Shown here one piece after another: positions 28,650 through 38,592 of a stretch of 64,000 bases of DNA. The notes under the pieces are model-generated. The model did not search any database, was not told the DNA's origin, and worked only from the letters and a program-made list of their open reading frames with translations. Origin of the DNA: an uncultured Pelagimonas sp. (GTDB lineage Bacteria; Pseudomonadota; Alphaproteobacteria; Rhodobacterales; Rhodobacteraceae); NCBI GenBank assembly GCA_947499735.1, contig CANMPP010000006.1, positions 100,966 to 164,965 on the forward strand, given 5' to 3'. A program made the position numbers and the translations under genes. Position 1 is the first letter of the stretch, and each line of letters begins with the position of its first letter.

Positions 28650-28827
28650 TGGGTGGGTTTCCCCCCACTTTCATTCGCATTTGTCACCAAATTTACCCAC
28701 TAAGCACTTGCTGCGGCAGGTTTTTTATAGATTTTGAGCGCATAGCACTTTCACAAATGGGGAATGGTATATGAGTTACGCTCTAGAGAATCTGCGCACT
28801 GTTGTTTGCGCTAACGGGAGGAATAAA

Positions 28828-29805
28828 ATGACCAAGACATCGATCGCTGCTTTGGTGGCAGTTTCGTTGGCAGCACCTGCAACTGCGCAAGACCGTAGTG
28901 ACTGGCCTGAAAGCTTTACAGTGGGCACAGCGTCGCAGGGCGGTACATATTTCGCTTATGGGTCTGGCTGGGCCAACCTTGTCGCAGAAGAGCTGGGCAT
29001 CACCGGTGGTGGCGAAGTTACAGGTGGCCCGATGCAGAACATGGCGCTGGTTCACACCGGTGACGCACAGTTCGGCATGACCACAATGGGTCCGGCGGCT
29101 GAATCCATGAACGGCACCAACCCAATTGCGCCAGGTCTACCAATGACCCATGCTTGCGCGATGTTCCCAATGTACCAAACGCCGTTCAGTGTGACAGCGT
29201 TGCGTTCCTCCGGAATCTCATCCATCGCGGATATCCCAGCCGGTGCACGTATTGGTTTCGGTCCAGCGGGTTCAACATCTGACACCTATTTCCCACGTAT
29301 GATGGAAGAACTGGGCGTTGATTTTGAACGCCGTAACGGTGGCTGGTCTGACCTTGGTGGTCAGCTGCAAGACGGTCTGCTGGACGTGATTGCGTTTGCG
29401 GCTGGTGTTCCAGTACCTGCGGTAAGCCAATTGGAAGTTCAGACTGCGGTGAACATCATCGAGTTCACAGAAGCAGAGCAATCCACAATCATGGGTGCGT
29501 TCCCAGTTGCACCTTACGAGATCGCATCTGACACATACACGACATTGCAAAACGATGCGCGTTCGGTTTCCATGTGGAACTTCACAATCGCGAACTGCGA
29601 TCTGCCAACGTCATTCGTACATGCAGTTGTAGATGTCGTTATGTCGGATAACGAACGTATGGTAAACGTTCACCGTGCCGCAGGTTCAACTTTGCCTGAG
29701 CATTGGGACAAAAACGACGTTCTGAAATGGCACCCAGGTGCAGCGCAATGGTTCATGGAAAATGCAGGGGCGGATATCCCTGACGACATGATCTACGGCA
29801 AGTAA
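28828..29805 (+). CDS. TAXI-family TRAP transporter solute-binding protein
   Basis: Start at the ATG at 28828, with GGGAGG 7 nt upstream. Signal peptide MTKTSIAALVAVSLAAPATAQ. It is followed by a fused TRAP permease. Confidence 0.85.
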   Translation: MTKTSIAALVAVSLAAPATAQDRSDWPESFTVGTASQGGTYFAYGSGWANLVAEELGITGGGEVTGGPMQNMALVHTGDAQFGMTTMGPAAESMNGTNPIAPGLPMTHACAMFPMYQTPFSVTALRSSGISSIADIPAGARIGFGPAGSTSDTYFPRMMEELGVDFERRNGGWSDLGGQLQDGLLDVIAFAAGVPVPAVSQLEVQTAVNIIEFTEAEQSTIMGAFPVAPYEIASDTYTTLQNDARSVSMWNFTIANCDLPTSFVHAVVDVVMSDNERMVNVHRAAGSTLPEHWDKNDVLKWHPGAAQWFMENAGADIPDDMIYGK

Positions 29806-29829
29806 TTTTAAGAATTACATGATAAGATT

Positions 29830-29867
29830 TCCCGCGCATGTTCACCCTGCGCGGGAGTTTTGGTTTT
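29830..29867 (+). terminator. Hairpin plus T-tract between the TAXI SBP and permease genes (attenuator-like)
   Basis: TCCCGCGCA (29830-29838) pairs with TGCGCGGGA (29848-29856) across a 9-nt loop, followed by GTTTTGGTTTT. Confidence 0.5.
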
Positions 29868-29928
29868 GACCGGGGGGATATGTCAAAAACCAATAATTGT
29901 GTCTCATTTTGTGAGAAAAGGAAGGCCT

Positions 29929-32199
29929 ATGACCGCTCGTGAAGCTGAAAAAACTGACGCCACACTGGAAGATACAGAAGGTCCCATTATCGCGGAAGGC
30001 GTTGATGAGGAACCGGTTGAAAAAAACCGACGACTGTTTTCAGGTGCGACAGGTATTGCCGTTGCAGCACTTGCAACCTTTTATGCGGCCTTTCATATGG
30101 CTGCCCTGTTTGGTTTGTCCCTGTCAGCCATGACGGGAATCGAGATTGGTTTTCTACCGGATCTGCCGGTTGAGACATGGAATTTCCGTATCATCCACGT
30201 CGCTGGCGCGCTGGCTTTGGGCTTTTTGCTGTATTCTGCCCATATGTTCAACGATGACGACACGGATAAAGGCGGCACATTGCCTGCAATACTATCCGCG
30301 ATCCTCGCGCTACCCGCGCTGTTTGCAGGTGTCACGGCCATTGGATTTGCCGGACAAATTTCATCAGGCGACCTTCCGGTTATGGGCGGCTTGACTACAT
30401 GGAGCTCCTTCCCGGGAACAGAGATCTATAGCGCTGAAACGTATAAATTCGGCCTTCCTTTGTTGGTGTCGACCATCGGTGCATTGGTTCTGGGCTGGGT
30501 GTTTCCTGTTTCACGCGAAAAGCTATCTTTCCCAGATGTGGTGATGGCATTATGTGCCTTTGTGGTTGCGATCTATCTGGTCGCTGTCTACGGAACGGCA
30601 GCGCGTAATGCCGTTGGAACGCCTTATGTGCCGATTGGTGTGGCCTTTGCTGCGACGGCTGGCATCATACTGATCCTTGAACTGACACGCCGTGTTGCCG
30701 GTCTGGCGCTGGTCGTGATCACCGCGATTTTCCTGATCTACACATTCACCGCCCACCTGTTGCCGGGTATTCTGGCGGTTCAAAAGCCCTATAGCTGGCA
30801 TCGCTTCTTCGGCCATGTCTATTCTGATGCCGGGGTTCTTGGGCCAACGACAGCGGTGTCGTCCACCTATATCATCCTGTTCATCATCTTTGCGGCATTC
30901 TTGCAGGCATCCAAAGTTGGTGATTACTTCGTGAACTTTGCCTTTGCAGCAGCTGGTCGTGCACGTGGTGGTCCGGCCAAGGTTGCGATCTTTGCATCGG
31001 GCCTAATGGGAATGATCAACGGAACGTCAGCGGGCAACGTGGTTGCAACTGGTTCTTTGACGATCCCGCTGATGAAAAAAGTAGGCTATGACAAAAAGAC
31101 CTCGGGTGCGATTGAGGCTGCGGCATCGACCGGTGGTCAGATCATGCCACCCATCATGGGTGCGGGTGCCTTTATCATGGCGGAAATCACAGGCATTCCT
31201 TATCAGGATATCGCCCTGGCTGCCGTGATCCCGGCGATCCTGTATTTTGCCACGATCTACTTCATGGTGGATTTTGAAGCGGCAAAACTGGGTATGCGCG
31301 GCATGCGTGAAGACGAACTGCCGAAACTGAAGCAGCTTATCCGTCAGGTTTATCTGTTCATTCCGATCATCATCCTGATCTATGCGCTGTTTGTCGGATA
31401 TTCCGTGATCCGCGCAGGTACCTTGGCGACCGCAGCTGCGGCAGTTGTGTCTTGGTTGACACCACATCGCATGGGGCTGCGTTCCATCCTCAAAGCGTTT
31501 GAGCTGGCAGGTGTTATGGCCATTCAGATCATCGCGGTTTGCGCATGCGCCGGTATTATCGTTGGTGTGATCTCGCTGACGGGTGTTGGCGCGCGGTTCT
31601 CGTCGGTTCTGCTGGATCTGGCGGCGACATCTCAGCTATTGGCGCTGTTCTTTGCAATGTGTATCGCGATCCTGCTGGGGATGGGCATGCCGACCACTGC
31701 GGCCTATGCAGTTGCAGCCAGCGTTGTGGCGCCGGGTCTTGTGCAGTTGGGCATCCCAATGCTGACAGCGCATTTCTTTGTCTTCTACTTTGCTGTGGTT
31801 TCGGCCATCACACCGCCTGTGGCCTTGGCCAGTTACGCGGCAGCGGGTATTTCAGGGTCAAACCCGATGGAGACATCTGTTGCGTCTTTCAAAATCGGTA
31901 TCGCAGCCTTCATCGTGCCTTTCATGTTCTTCTACAACGGTTCGTTGCTGATGGATGGCGAATGGTTTGACATCCTGCAAGCGGGTGTCACAGCGATGAT
32001 TGGCGTGTTCCTGTTGTCCTCGGGCGTCCAAGGGTGGTTCGTTGGCAATAAGGCAGCACTTCTGTTCCGTGTTGTACTGATCGTTGCAGCATTGCTGTTC
32101 ATCGAGGGCGGTTTGCTGACAGATCTGATTGGTCTGGCCGTGGCTGCAGGCGTTGGTTTTTACCAACGTACGATGGCCACTAAGGAAACAGTTGCCTAA
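29929..32199 (+). CDS. TRAP transporter fused permease (TAXI-type 4TM/12TM fusion)
   Basis: About 756 aa and highly hydrophobic. I prefer the ATG at 29929, after AAGGAAGG. Confidence 0.85.
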   Translation: MTAREAEKTDATLEDTEGPIIAEGVDEEPVEKNRRLFSGATGIAVAALATFYAAFHMAALFGLSLSAMTGIEIGFLPDLPVETWNFRIIHVAGALALGFLLYSAHMFNDDDTDKGGTLPAILSAILALPALFAGVTAIGFAGQISSGDLPVMGGLTTWSSFPGTEIYSAETYKFGLPLLVSTIGALVLGWVFPVSREKLSFPDVVMALCAFVVAIYLVAVYGTAARNAVGTPYVPIGVAFAATAGIILILELTRRVAGLALVVITAIFLIYTFTAHLLPGILAVQKPYSWHRFFGHVYSDAGVLGPTTAVSSTYIILFIIFAAFLQASKVGDYFVNFAFAAAGRARGGPAKVAIFASGLMGMINGTSAGNVVATGSLTIPLMKKVGYDKKTSGAIEAAASTGGQIMPPIMGAGAFIMAEITGIPYQDIALAAVIPAILYFATIYFMVDFEAAKLGMRGMREDELPKLKQLIRQVYLFIPIIILIYALFVGYSVIRAGTLATAAAAVVSWLTPHRMGLRSILKAFELAGVMAIQIIAVCACAGIIVGVISLTGVGARFSSVLLDLAATSQLLALFFAMCIAILLGMGMPTTAAYAVAASVVAPGLVQLGIPMLTAHFFVFYFAVVSAITPPVALASYAAAGISGSNPMETSVASFKIGIAAFIVPFMFFYNGSLLMDGEWFDILQAGVTAMIGVFLLSSGVQGWFVGNKAALLFRVVLIVAALLFIEGGLLTDLIGLAVAAGVGFYQRTMATKETVA

Positions 32200-32231
32200 G
32201 GTCGGCTAAGCACCGATATAAGATATGGAAG

Positions 32232-32271
32232 GCCCCGGGATTGAAGATATCAGTCTCGGGGCTTCTTTTTT
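32232..32271 (+). terminator. Rho-independent terminator of the TRAP operon
   Basis: GCCCCGGGA / TCTCGGGGC stem (one G-U pair) with a 13-nt loop, followed by TTCTTTTTT. Confidence 0.6.
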
Positions 32272-32290
32272 GCTTGTCGTGAAATGCGCA

Positions 32291-33193
32291 TTATCGATTT
32301 CTTTGAGCGCCCCAATAGGCCTGATTGTCCCGGCGCAATGCTTCATATTTAGCAATACGCCTTTTGACCGGGTCGCCCCCTTTGGCAACCAATGTGGCAA
32401 TAAGCATTTCTATCAGGCACATCGCGCCCGTGTAGCACCCAAATGGGTAACTGGACGTTGCTGCAGCTATTAAAGTTTCATCCGCGGAAAAGTCCGGAGA
32501 CAGGATGTCGCTGTCGGAAATCAGGATCAGTGTAACGCCTTTGCGCCGCGCGAAGGCACAGGCTTCGATCGTTTCTCGCGAATAGGGGGTAAAGGTGATC
32601 GCGATCATCACATCGCCGGGTTGGGCGGCTTCTAATTCATCAATTGCGTTGCCCATATGGCGCGGGATCAACTGCATGTGTGGCAGCGCCATTCGGCCGA
32701 CATAATGTAGGTAATATGCCAGAGAGTAACTGGCACGCATCCCTGTTAGAAACACGCGCGGTGCGCCCAGTAGCGTATGAGCAACGCGGTCCAATTGGCG
32801 ATAATTCTGCCGTGCATATGTTTGATCAACGATCGATAGGCCATTTGTCGCAGCTTGCGCTAGATCAGGCCCAAAGGGGCGGTGTTCGCGCATTTCGCTG
32901 ACCCAGACGGGTTGATCGCGTGATGTCGCAGCCGAAACCAACGCCTTTCGAAAAGGCGCGCGCATGGCGTCATAGCTGTCAAAACCCAAATGTTCCGCCA
33001 TACGGACCAGTGTGTTGGTGCTGACAGCGGCTTTTTTGGCGGTCATACGAATGGGATCGAGACCAATATCGCCGGGATGATCGATGATATATTTCGCAAC
33101 CCGTAAGAGGCCACGCGGCAGGATGGGCAGGTCATCTTTCAATTGAACGAGAATTTGATCTTTACTGGGCACTGTCATCACTCTGCTTTGCAT
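32291..33193 (-). CDS. RpiR/MurR-family transcriptional regulator (HTH + SIS domain)
   Basis: N-terminal HTH_6-like region (LLRVAKYIIDHP...STNTLVRMAEHLGF) and a C-terminal SIS-like region. It is divergent from the BKACE gene. Confidence 0.85.
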   Translation of the reverse strand: MQSRVMTVPSKDQILVQLKDDLPILPRGLLRVAKYIIDHPGDIGLDPIRMTAKKAAVSTNTLVRMAEHLGFDSYDAMRAPFRKALVSAATSRDQPVWVSEMREHRPFGPDLAQAATNGLSIVDQTYARQNYRQLDRVAHTLLGAPRVFLTGMRASYSLAYYLHYVGRMALPHMQLIPRHMGNAIDELEAAQPGDVMIAITFTPYSRETIEACAFARRKGVTLILISDSDILSPDFSADETLIAAATSSYPFGCYTGAMCLIEMLIATLVAKGGDPVKRRIAKYEALRRDNQAYWGAQRNR

Positions 33194-33323
33194 TTAAATG
33201 ATACGTATGTTCTTTTTTGAAATATTGACGATTTTTGTTTTTATTGCAAATTTCAATTCTATGAACCGTCAGGGCGCAAAGCCGTTCTAGCGCGATCTAA
33301 AGTCCCAAGTTGAAAGTAACGCA

Positions 33324-34082
33324 ATGCCGACCCCCTTCATTATGGTTGCGCCGAACGGTGCCCGTCGCGGTAAAGGCGATCATCCTTTATTGCCAATCTC
33401 AACGGATGAAATTGTTGCAACGGCGATTGCGTGCCATGAGGCCGGTGCAGATGCGCTGCATTTGCATGTGCGCGATGATGACGGGCAGCACTCTTTGGAT
33501 GCCGGTCGGTATTTGGAAACATTGGACGAATTGTGCCGATCCGTCCCTAATATGCGTGTGCAAATCACGACCGAGTCCGCTGGGATATTTGACGTATCCA
33601 CGCAGTTAAAGTGCTTAGAACATGTTCAGCCAGACTGGGCCTCTATCTCGGTGCGCGAAATGGCACGTGACCCGCATTTGGCGCAACGTGTTTATGCAAC
33701 CTGTGCGGAACACGGTATCGAGGTTCAGCATATCCTATATGACACCAAAGATGCCGCCTTGCTGCGGCAGTGGCAGTCGATGGAAATCGTAAGGGCAGGG
33801 CAGGACGCCGTATTGTTCGTTTTGGGCCGATACGCCGAGGGGCAGATTTCGACGCCACGTGATCTAGACCCATTTTTGTCTGATACATCACGGCCTAGGG
33901 ATTGGATGGTCTGTGCGTTTGGGCCAGATGAACATTCTTGCCTTCTGGCTGCGGCCAAGTCGGGGGGGGCCGTACGCGTTGGGTTTGAAAACAGCCTGAT
34001 GACCAATGATGGGCAGGTACATTCAGACAATGCTGCCTCCGTATCTGCCTTGCGCAATCTTATCGAAAGATCATCTTCATGA
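33324..34082 (+). CDS. Beta-keto acid cleavage enzyme (BKACE / 3-keto-5-aminohexanoate cleavage family, DUF849)
   Basis: The N-terminus IMVAPNGARRGKGDHPLLPIS...EAGADALHLHVRDDDG is typical of BKACE. Confidence 0.8.
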   Translation: MPTPFIMVAPNGARRGKGDHPLLPISTDEIVATAIACHEAGADALHLHVRDDDGQHSLDAGRYLETLDELCRSVPNMRVQITTESAGIFDVSTQLKCLEHVQPDWASISVREMARDPHLAQRVYATCAEHGIEVQHILYDTKDAALLRQWQSMEIVRAGQDAVLFVLGRYAEGQISTPRDLDPFLSDTSRPRDWMVCAFGPDEHSCLLAAAKSGGAVRVGFENSLMTNDGQVHSDNAASVSALRNLIERSSS

Positions 34083-35419
34083 GCCATGTTTTCCCAAGAC
34101 ATTGTCATTCTGACCTACCAGCAGCCGTTGCTGGGGATGGATGTTATCTGATTGATGCATCTGGAAAACGCTATTTTGATGGGTCCGGCGGGGCGGCTGT
34201 GTCGTGTCTAGGGCATTCAAATACCCGTGTGAGGAATGCGATTAAAGCGCAAGTAGATGAACTTGCCTTTGCCCATACCGGTTTCTTCACGTCGGAACCT
34301 GCGGAACAGCTCGCGGATCTGTTGATCCAAAACGCTCCGGGGGATTTGGATCGTGTCTATTTCGTATCGGGCGGATCAGAGGCCGTGGAAAGCGCGATCA
34401 AACTGGCACGTCAGTATCATGTGGAAAACGGCGAGCCCCAGCGCAAACACATCATTGCACGACGCCAAAGTTATCATGGCAACACGATTGGCGCATTGTC
34501 CGCAGGTGGCAATGAATGGCGTCGCCAGCAATTTGCGCCGCTGTTGGTCGAGATGTCGCATATCGCGCCTTGTTATGAATATGCGGAACGTTCCCAACAC
34601 GAGAGCGCAGAGGAATATGGGCTGCGTGTCGCAAATGAATTAGAGGCAGAAATTCTGCGTCTGGGCGAAGATCGCGTCATGGCCTTTCTTGCAGAACCGG
34701 TGGTGGGCGCGACATTGGGGGCAGTGCCTGCTGTGCCCGGATATTTCAAACGTGTGCGTGAAATCTGTGATCAATATGGCGTTTTGTTGATCTTGGACGA
34801 AGTCATGTGCGGCATGGGGCGGGTCGGGCATCTGTTTGCCTGCGATGCGGATGACGTGGTGCCAGACATCCTATGTATCGCAAAAGGTCTGGGGGCCGGA
34901 TACCAGCCCATTGGTGCGATGCTGTGCTCAAAGCAGGTGTATCAAGCTATTTCTGATGGCAGTGGCTATTTTCAGCACGGACATACATATCTGGGTCATC
35001 CAGTTGCGGCTGCGGCGGGTTTGGCCGTTGTTTCTGAAGTGTTAGAACAGGGTTTGATCGAACAGGTTCGTTCAAGAGGGCACTATCTGCAATCCGCATT
35101 GGAGGCGCGATTTGGTCAACACGCCCATATCGGTGACATCCGGGGACGGGGTCTGTTTCGTGGTTTGGAATTTGTTGCCAACCGGGATGACAAACTGCCA
35201 TTTGACCCGGCATCTGGCCTGGCGGGCAAATTAAAGAAGGCTGCTTTCGCAGAAGGACTGATTTGCTATCCAATGCCAGGCACGCGCGACGGTGTGCATG
35301 GCGATCACGTTTTGTTGGCTCCGCCATTCATTGCAAACGAGGCGCAAATGGATGAGATCGTGGATAAGCTAGGGCGCGCGGTTGATCATGTTTTACATGA
35401 CATCACTGTGCGACCTTAA
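34079..35419 (+). CDS. Class-III (omega) aminotransferase
   Basis: GGSEAVESAIKLAR, and LILDEVMCGMGRVGHLFA containing the DEV...G.GR.G motif. 446 aa. ATGA overlap with the BKACE stop. Confidence 0.85.
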   Translation: MSHVFPRHCHSDLPAAVAGDGCYLIDASGKRYFDGSGGAAVSCLGHSNTRVRNAIKAQVDELAFAHTGFFTSEPAEQLADLLIQNAPGDLDRVYFVSGGSEAVESAIKLARQYHVENGEPQRKHIIARRQSYHGNTIGALSAGGNEWRRQQFAPLLVEMSHIAPCYEYAERSQHESAEEYGLRVANELEAEILRLGEDRVMAFLAEPVVGATLGAVPAVPGYFKRVREICDQYGVLLILDEVMCGMGRVGHLFACDADDVVPDILCIAKGLGAGYQPIGAMLCSKQVYQAISDGSGYFQHGHTYLGHPVAAAAGLAVVSEVLEQGLIEQVRSRGHYLQSALEARFGQHAHIGDIRGRGLFRGLEFVANRDDKLPFDPASGLAGKLKKAAFAEGLICYPMPGTRDGVHGDHVLLAPPFIANEAQMDEIVDKLGRAVDHVLHDITVRP

Positions 35420-36129
35420 ACTGGTTTGTCATAGTCAAACATTTCATAGTCGCGGCGATACAGTTGGCCAACCAATGTATTGGCGCGTGCGTCAAACAGC
35501 GAACCGGTCTCGGGGCGTGCGGATTTGCGTTCATGGGGCAGTGCTGAATGTTCAATGCCAAGCTTTCCGCATAAGGTTGCCACGTCCTGAGACAAGTTTT
35601 CGAAGTAATAGACCGCATCCATCTTTGCATATTTCGGGCCAAACGGGCCCGTTCCCTGCCGCAAATAGGCGCTTTGTGGCCAAAAGAACGGTTGGGACAT
35701 GACGATTTGCCGATAGAGAAAATCGCGGCGGAGCTTTTCCATAAATTCTGAAAAATCCAAGCCTTTTAGATTTTTGTCAGCCCAACGTTGTTGTTCGGGC
35801 CAGTTGGTTCCATCGCGTAAAAAGTGGAATACGGACACCAAACGGTCGCGAGGATCGCGCACAAATGTAAATTTAAACGAGCTTTGCCATAATTCGGGAT
35901 GAATGCGTGCATAGGCTTCTGCAGGCGCATGTGTCAGGAAATTCGGGTGCTTTTCGACGTTCAGCGTCTTAAGCAGGCTGGTTCCCGCAGTTTTCGGAAT
36001 ATGCAGGAAGATCGCGTTATTTTCAAAATTCCACGGAAGGGCAACGTCACGAGATCCGTTTGTCCATTGGCTTAAATACCGCTTGTGAAGTTGCCCAGTT
36101 AAGCGAAAAAAAGGTTCTGGTATGCGCAT
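35416..36129 (-). CDS. Sulfotransferase-family protein (Sulfotransfer_2-like)
   Basis: PAPS 5-prime-phosphosulfate-binding-type motif FLHIPKTAGTS and a 3-prime-phosphate-type motif FTFVRDPRDRLVS. Confidence 0.7.
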   Translation of the reverse strand: MRIPEPFFRLTGQLHKRYLSQWTNGSRDVALPWNFENNAIFLHIPKTAGTSLLKTLNVEKHPNFLTHAPAEAYARIHPELWQSSFKFTFVRDPRDRLVSVFHFLRDGTNWPEQQRWADKNLKGLDFSEFMEKLRRDFLYRQIVMSQPFFWPQSAYLRQGTGPFGPKYAKMDAVYYFENLSQDVATLCGKLGIEHSALPHERKSARPETGSLFDARANTLVGQLYRRDYEMFDYDKPV

Positions 36130-36146
36130 TTACGTCTCTTTTCGTC

Positions 36147-37592
36147 TTACTTATTGCGCTTCAAAAAAGCCTTGAAAACGTATTTAGATTGTTCAGGAGC
36201 GATTAGAAAGATGGCTGGTGTATAGATTGCAACGCCCACGGTCACACCTATCGCAATCTGTGCGATATTGGGCAGATCCCAAAGGCGCAAGACAGCGGTA
36301 ACGGTTGTAAACATAAGGGCGGCGGCTGCGACGGGTGGAAAGAGAGCTTTCAGCAATCGCAGTGGTGAAAGGCCCAACCTAGTTTGTGTATATGTTGAAA
36401 GAACTGGCGTCAGGATCAGCACGATGCCGATGCGCCCGATGATTGCAGCCTCTAACCCGTAAGGTGCAATGAACGAAATGGCAGTTAAGGCAATGCAGGC
36501 CGTCATCAGGGACCACCAAAATTGAAACTTTGCCCGGCCGGTGGCGGCCAGTGTCACTTGGTTGACACGCTGAATCGGAACTAGTGGCATTTGCAATGCA
36601 ACCAACATGATCAAAGGCGCCACAGGTGCCCATTGTGGGGCAAACAGAATGGCAACCAAAGGTTCTGAAATAGCGGCGATACCAATGCAAACCGGCATCA
36701 TCACGGCGGCCATGGTAAATTGAATCCGTAGATAGGCATTCCCTAAACGCGGCAGATCATCTTGTACCGAAGACAGGACGGGAAAGAGCACTTTGTAGGC
36801 CATTTGCACAATGATCTTGAAAGGTGAATCGATCACCATTCGCGCCATTGAAAAATACCCCAAGGCGGTCGGAGAAATGACACCACCGATGATTGCGCGA
36901 TCGGAGTGGTTGTTTAAGTATCCAACGACATTTGTGAGCATGACGTATCCGCCATAACTGATCAAAGATCGAAAATCGGTCCAAGAAAAGTTGAACGCGG
37001 GCATGAAACGGGCGGAACTGCAAATGATGAGGGTGGTTGTGATTGCCAGAACGATCTGCTGTGCGATCAAAGCCCCCATGGACCATCCTGCCATGGCAAG
37101 ACCGATGGCAACAATCGCGCCAACGACGGCTCCGCTTAAATCAGAAAAGGCTATTCTCTTGAATGCGAATTTGCGTTCGAGAATTGTCATGGAAACGCTT
37201 TGGGCGGCAGATATGGGAAAAACGAGGGTGATCCAACGGATCAGTGGTTCAACATCAGGTGCCCGCATCAGCATGGAAATTGGCCCTGCTAGGGCAAAGA
37301 CGACAAGCGCCACGGCGCAGGATAATACAAAGGTGCTCCAGAAAACGGTATCCTGCTGTATTCTCGTCACGGATTTCGCCTGGACAAGAGCCACGCGAAG
37401 ACCAGAGTCGACAAAAAGTTGCGCGAAACCAGCAACGATCGTGACCAATAGGACATTACCGAATTCGGCTGGCGTCAGGTAATAGGACAGAACTGCCATT
37501 GTACCCACGCCCAAAAGCGACTTTAACAATCGGCCCATGACGGCCCATTGAACGCCTGAAATAGCGTGATGGCGCAGGTTTCCCGTGCTCAT
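36147..37592 (-). CDS. Wzx-like polysaccharide flippase (MOP superfamily)
   Basis: 481 aa with about 12-14 predicted TM segments. It sits between the sulfotransferase and glycosyltransferase genes. Confidence 0.75.
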   Translation of the reverse strand: MSTGNLRHHAISGVQWAVMGRLLKSLLGVGTMAVLSYYLTPAEFGNVLLVTIVAGFAQLFVDSGLRVALVQAKSVTRIQQDTVFWSTFVLSCAVALVVFALAGPISMLMRAPDVEPLIRWITLVFPISAAQSVSMTILERKFAFKRIAFSDLSGAVVGAIVAIGLAMAGWSMGALIAQQIVLAITTTLIICSSARFMPAFNFSWTDFRSLISYGGYVMLTNVVGYLNNHSDRAIIGGVISPTALGYFSMARMVIDSPFKIIVQMAYKVLFPVLSSVQDDLPRLGNAYLRIQFTMAAVMMPVCIGIAAISEPLVAILFAPQWAPVAPLIMLVALQMPLVPIQRVNQVTLAATGRAKFQFWWSLMTACIALTAISFIAPYGLEAAIIGRIGIVLILTPVLSTYTQTRLGLSPLRLLKALFPPVAAAALMFTTVTAVLRLWDLPNIAQIAIGVTVGVAIYTPAIFLIAPEQSKYVFKAFLKRNK

Positions 37593-37614
37593 TTGTGTCT
37601 TAAATCCTTTAAGA

Positions 37615-38592
37615 TTAGGCCGGTTTCGGGCGCCAAGCGAAGCGATGGTTTTTGGGTCGGAGTAGGGCCAAAATAGGAATGAACAACAATTTCAGTGCTG
37701 ATTTCTTATGTCCCCGGTTTGCCAGAATACGCAGCGTACCGCGGCTTAACAAAACGCTATATGCATCTTTTCCAAACCCATGCCAAAACATGTCATGCAA
37801 CCAAAAGGCCAGCAAATCGGCCAGCGCTTGTTCAGCTTCATCCGGGGTCGGATCATTGTAATGACCTTCGTGATACCGCCCAAGCATGAATTTGACCCCT
37901 TTCACCACCGCTGATGTGTCCCGCGTTAGGGAATCTTCGTTGGATTGTCTTTGGCCAACCAGAACAGGGTGCTGAATTGCAAGGAATTGGCCCGCAGGGG
38001 ACAGTCTGTAAAAGAGATCCGTATCTTCTGCGCTGCGCATGTCTGGTACAAAGCCACCGCTTTGGGCGAAAACGCTGCGAGGTAGGGCAAAATAACCGCC
38101 ACCTAAGATAACGGGCACCGGGCGTAACCGCGTCAGTTCAAAGAAGTTTGCACAAAGGAAAGTTCGGCTGTCCTTGTCTTCGAAACCATCTAATATATCC
38201 GGTACATCAAACGGTTCGACATTGAAAAATATGCATGCGACATCGGAATTCTTTTCAATCGTGTCGCGCAAGGTCTGGCCAGTCCAAGGCATCCAGATAT
38301 CATCGCTATCGAAGAAGGCCAGCCAATCCCCGGTTGCCTCGGACGCGCCTGTATTACGTGCAGCTCCGGGCCCAGTGTTGACCTGTTCAATCAATCGCAG
38401 TTTGCTGCCCGCATTCAGAGCCTCAATTGCCTCCCGCGCAGCTTTAGGTGTTTCACCGTCTGTAGAGCCATCATCGACAATCAAGACTTCATGCAAATCG
38501 TCCAAAGATGGGGCGAGACTTGCAAGACATGTTCGGATCATGTCGGGGCGATTGTAAACCGGAATGATCAGGCTAATGCTTGGTCTGGACAT
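37615..38592 (-). CDS. Family-2 glycosyltransferase
   Basis: N-terminal SLIIPVYNR...VDDGSTD and a later DSDD (DxD) motif. Confidence 0.85.
   Translation of the reverse strand: MSRPSISLIIPVYNRPDMIRTCLASLAPSLDDLHEVLIVDDGSTDGETPKAAREAIEALNAGSKLRLIEQVNTGPGAARNTGASEATGDWLAFFDSDDIWMPWTGQTLRDTIEKNSDVACIFFNVEPFDVPDILDGFEDKDSRTFLCANFFELTRLRPVPVILGGGYFALPRSVFAQSGGFVPDMRSAEDTDLFYRLSPAGQFLAIQHPVLVGQRQSNEDSLTRDTSAVVKGVKFMLGRYHEGHYNDPTPDEAEQALADLLAFWLHDMFWHGFGKDAYSVLLSRGTLRILANRGHKKSALKLLFIPILALLRPKNHRFAWRPKPA

Noticed and set aside
28763-28810. Possible sigma-54 promoter upstream of the TAXI SBP gene: TGGTAT-N5-TTAC at 28765-28779, and GCGCAC...TTTGC at 28794-28809.
   Set aside because: The first lacks the essential -12 GC dinucleotide. 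The second lacks the -24 GG, has the wrong spacing, and would leave no room for the ribosome-binding site.
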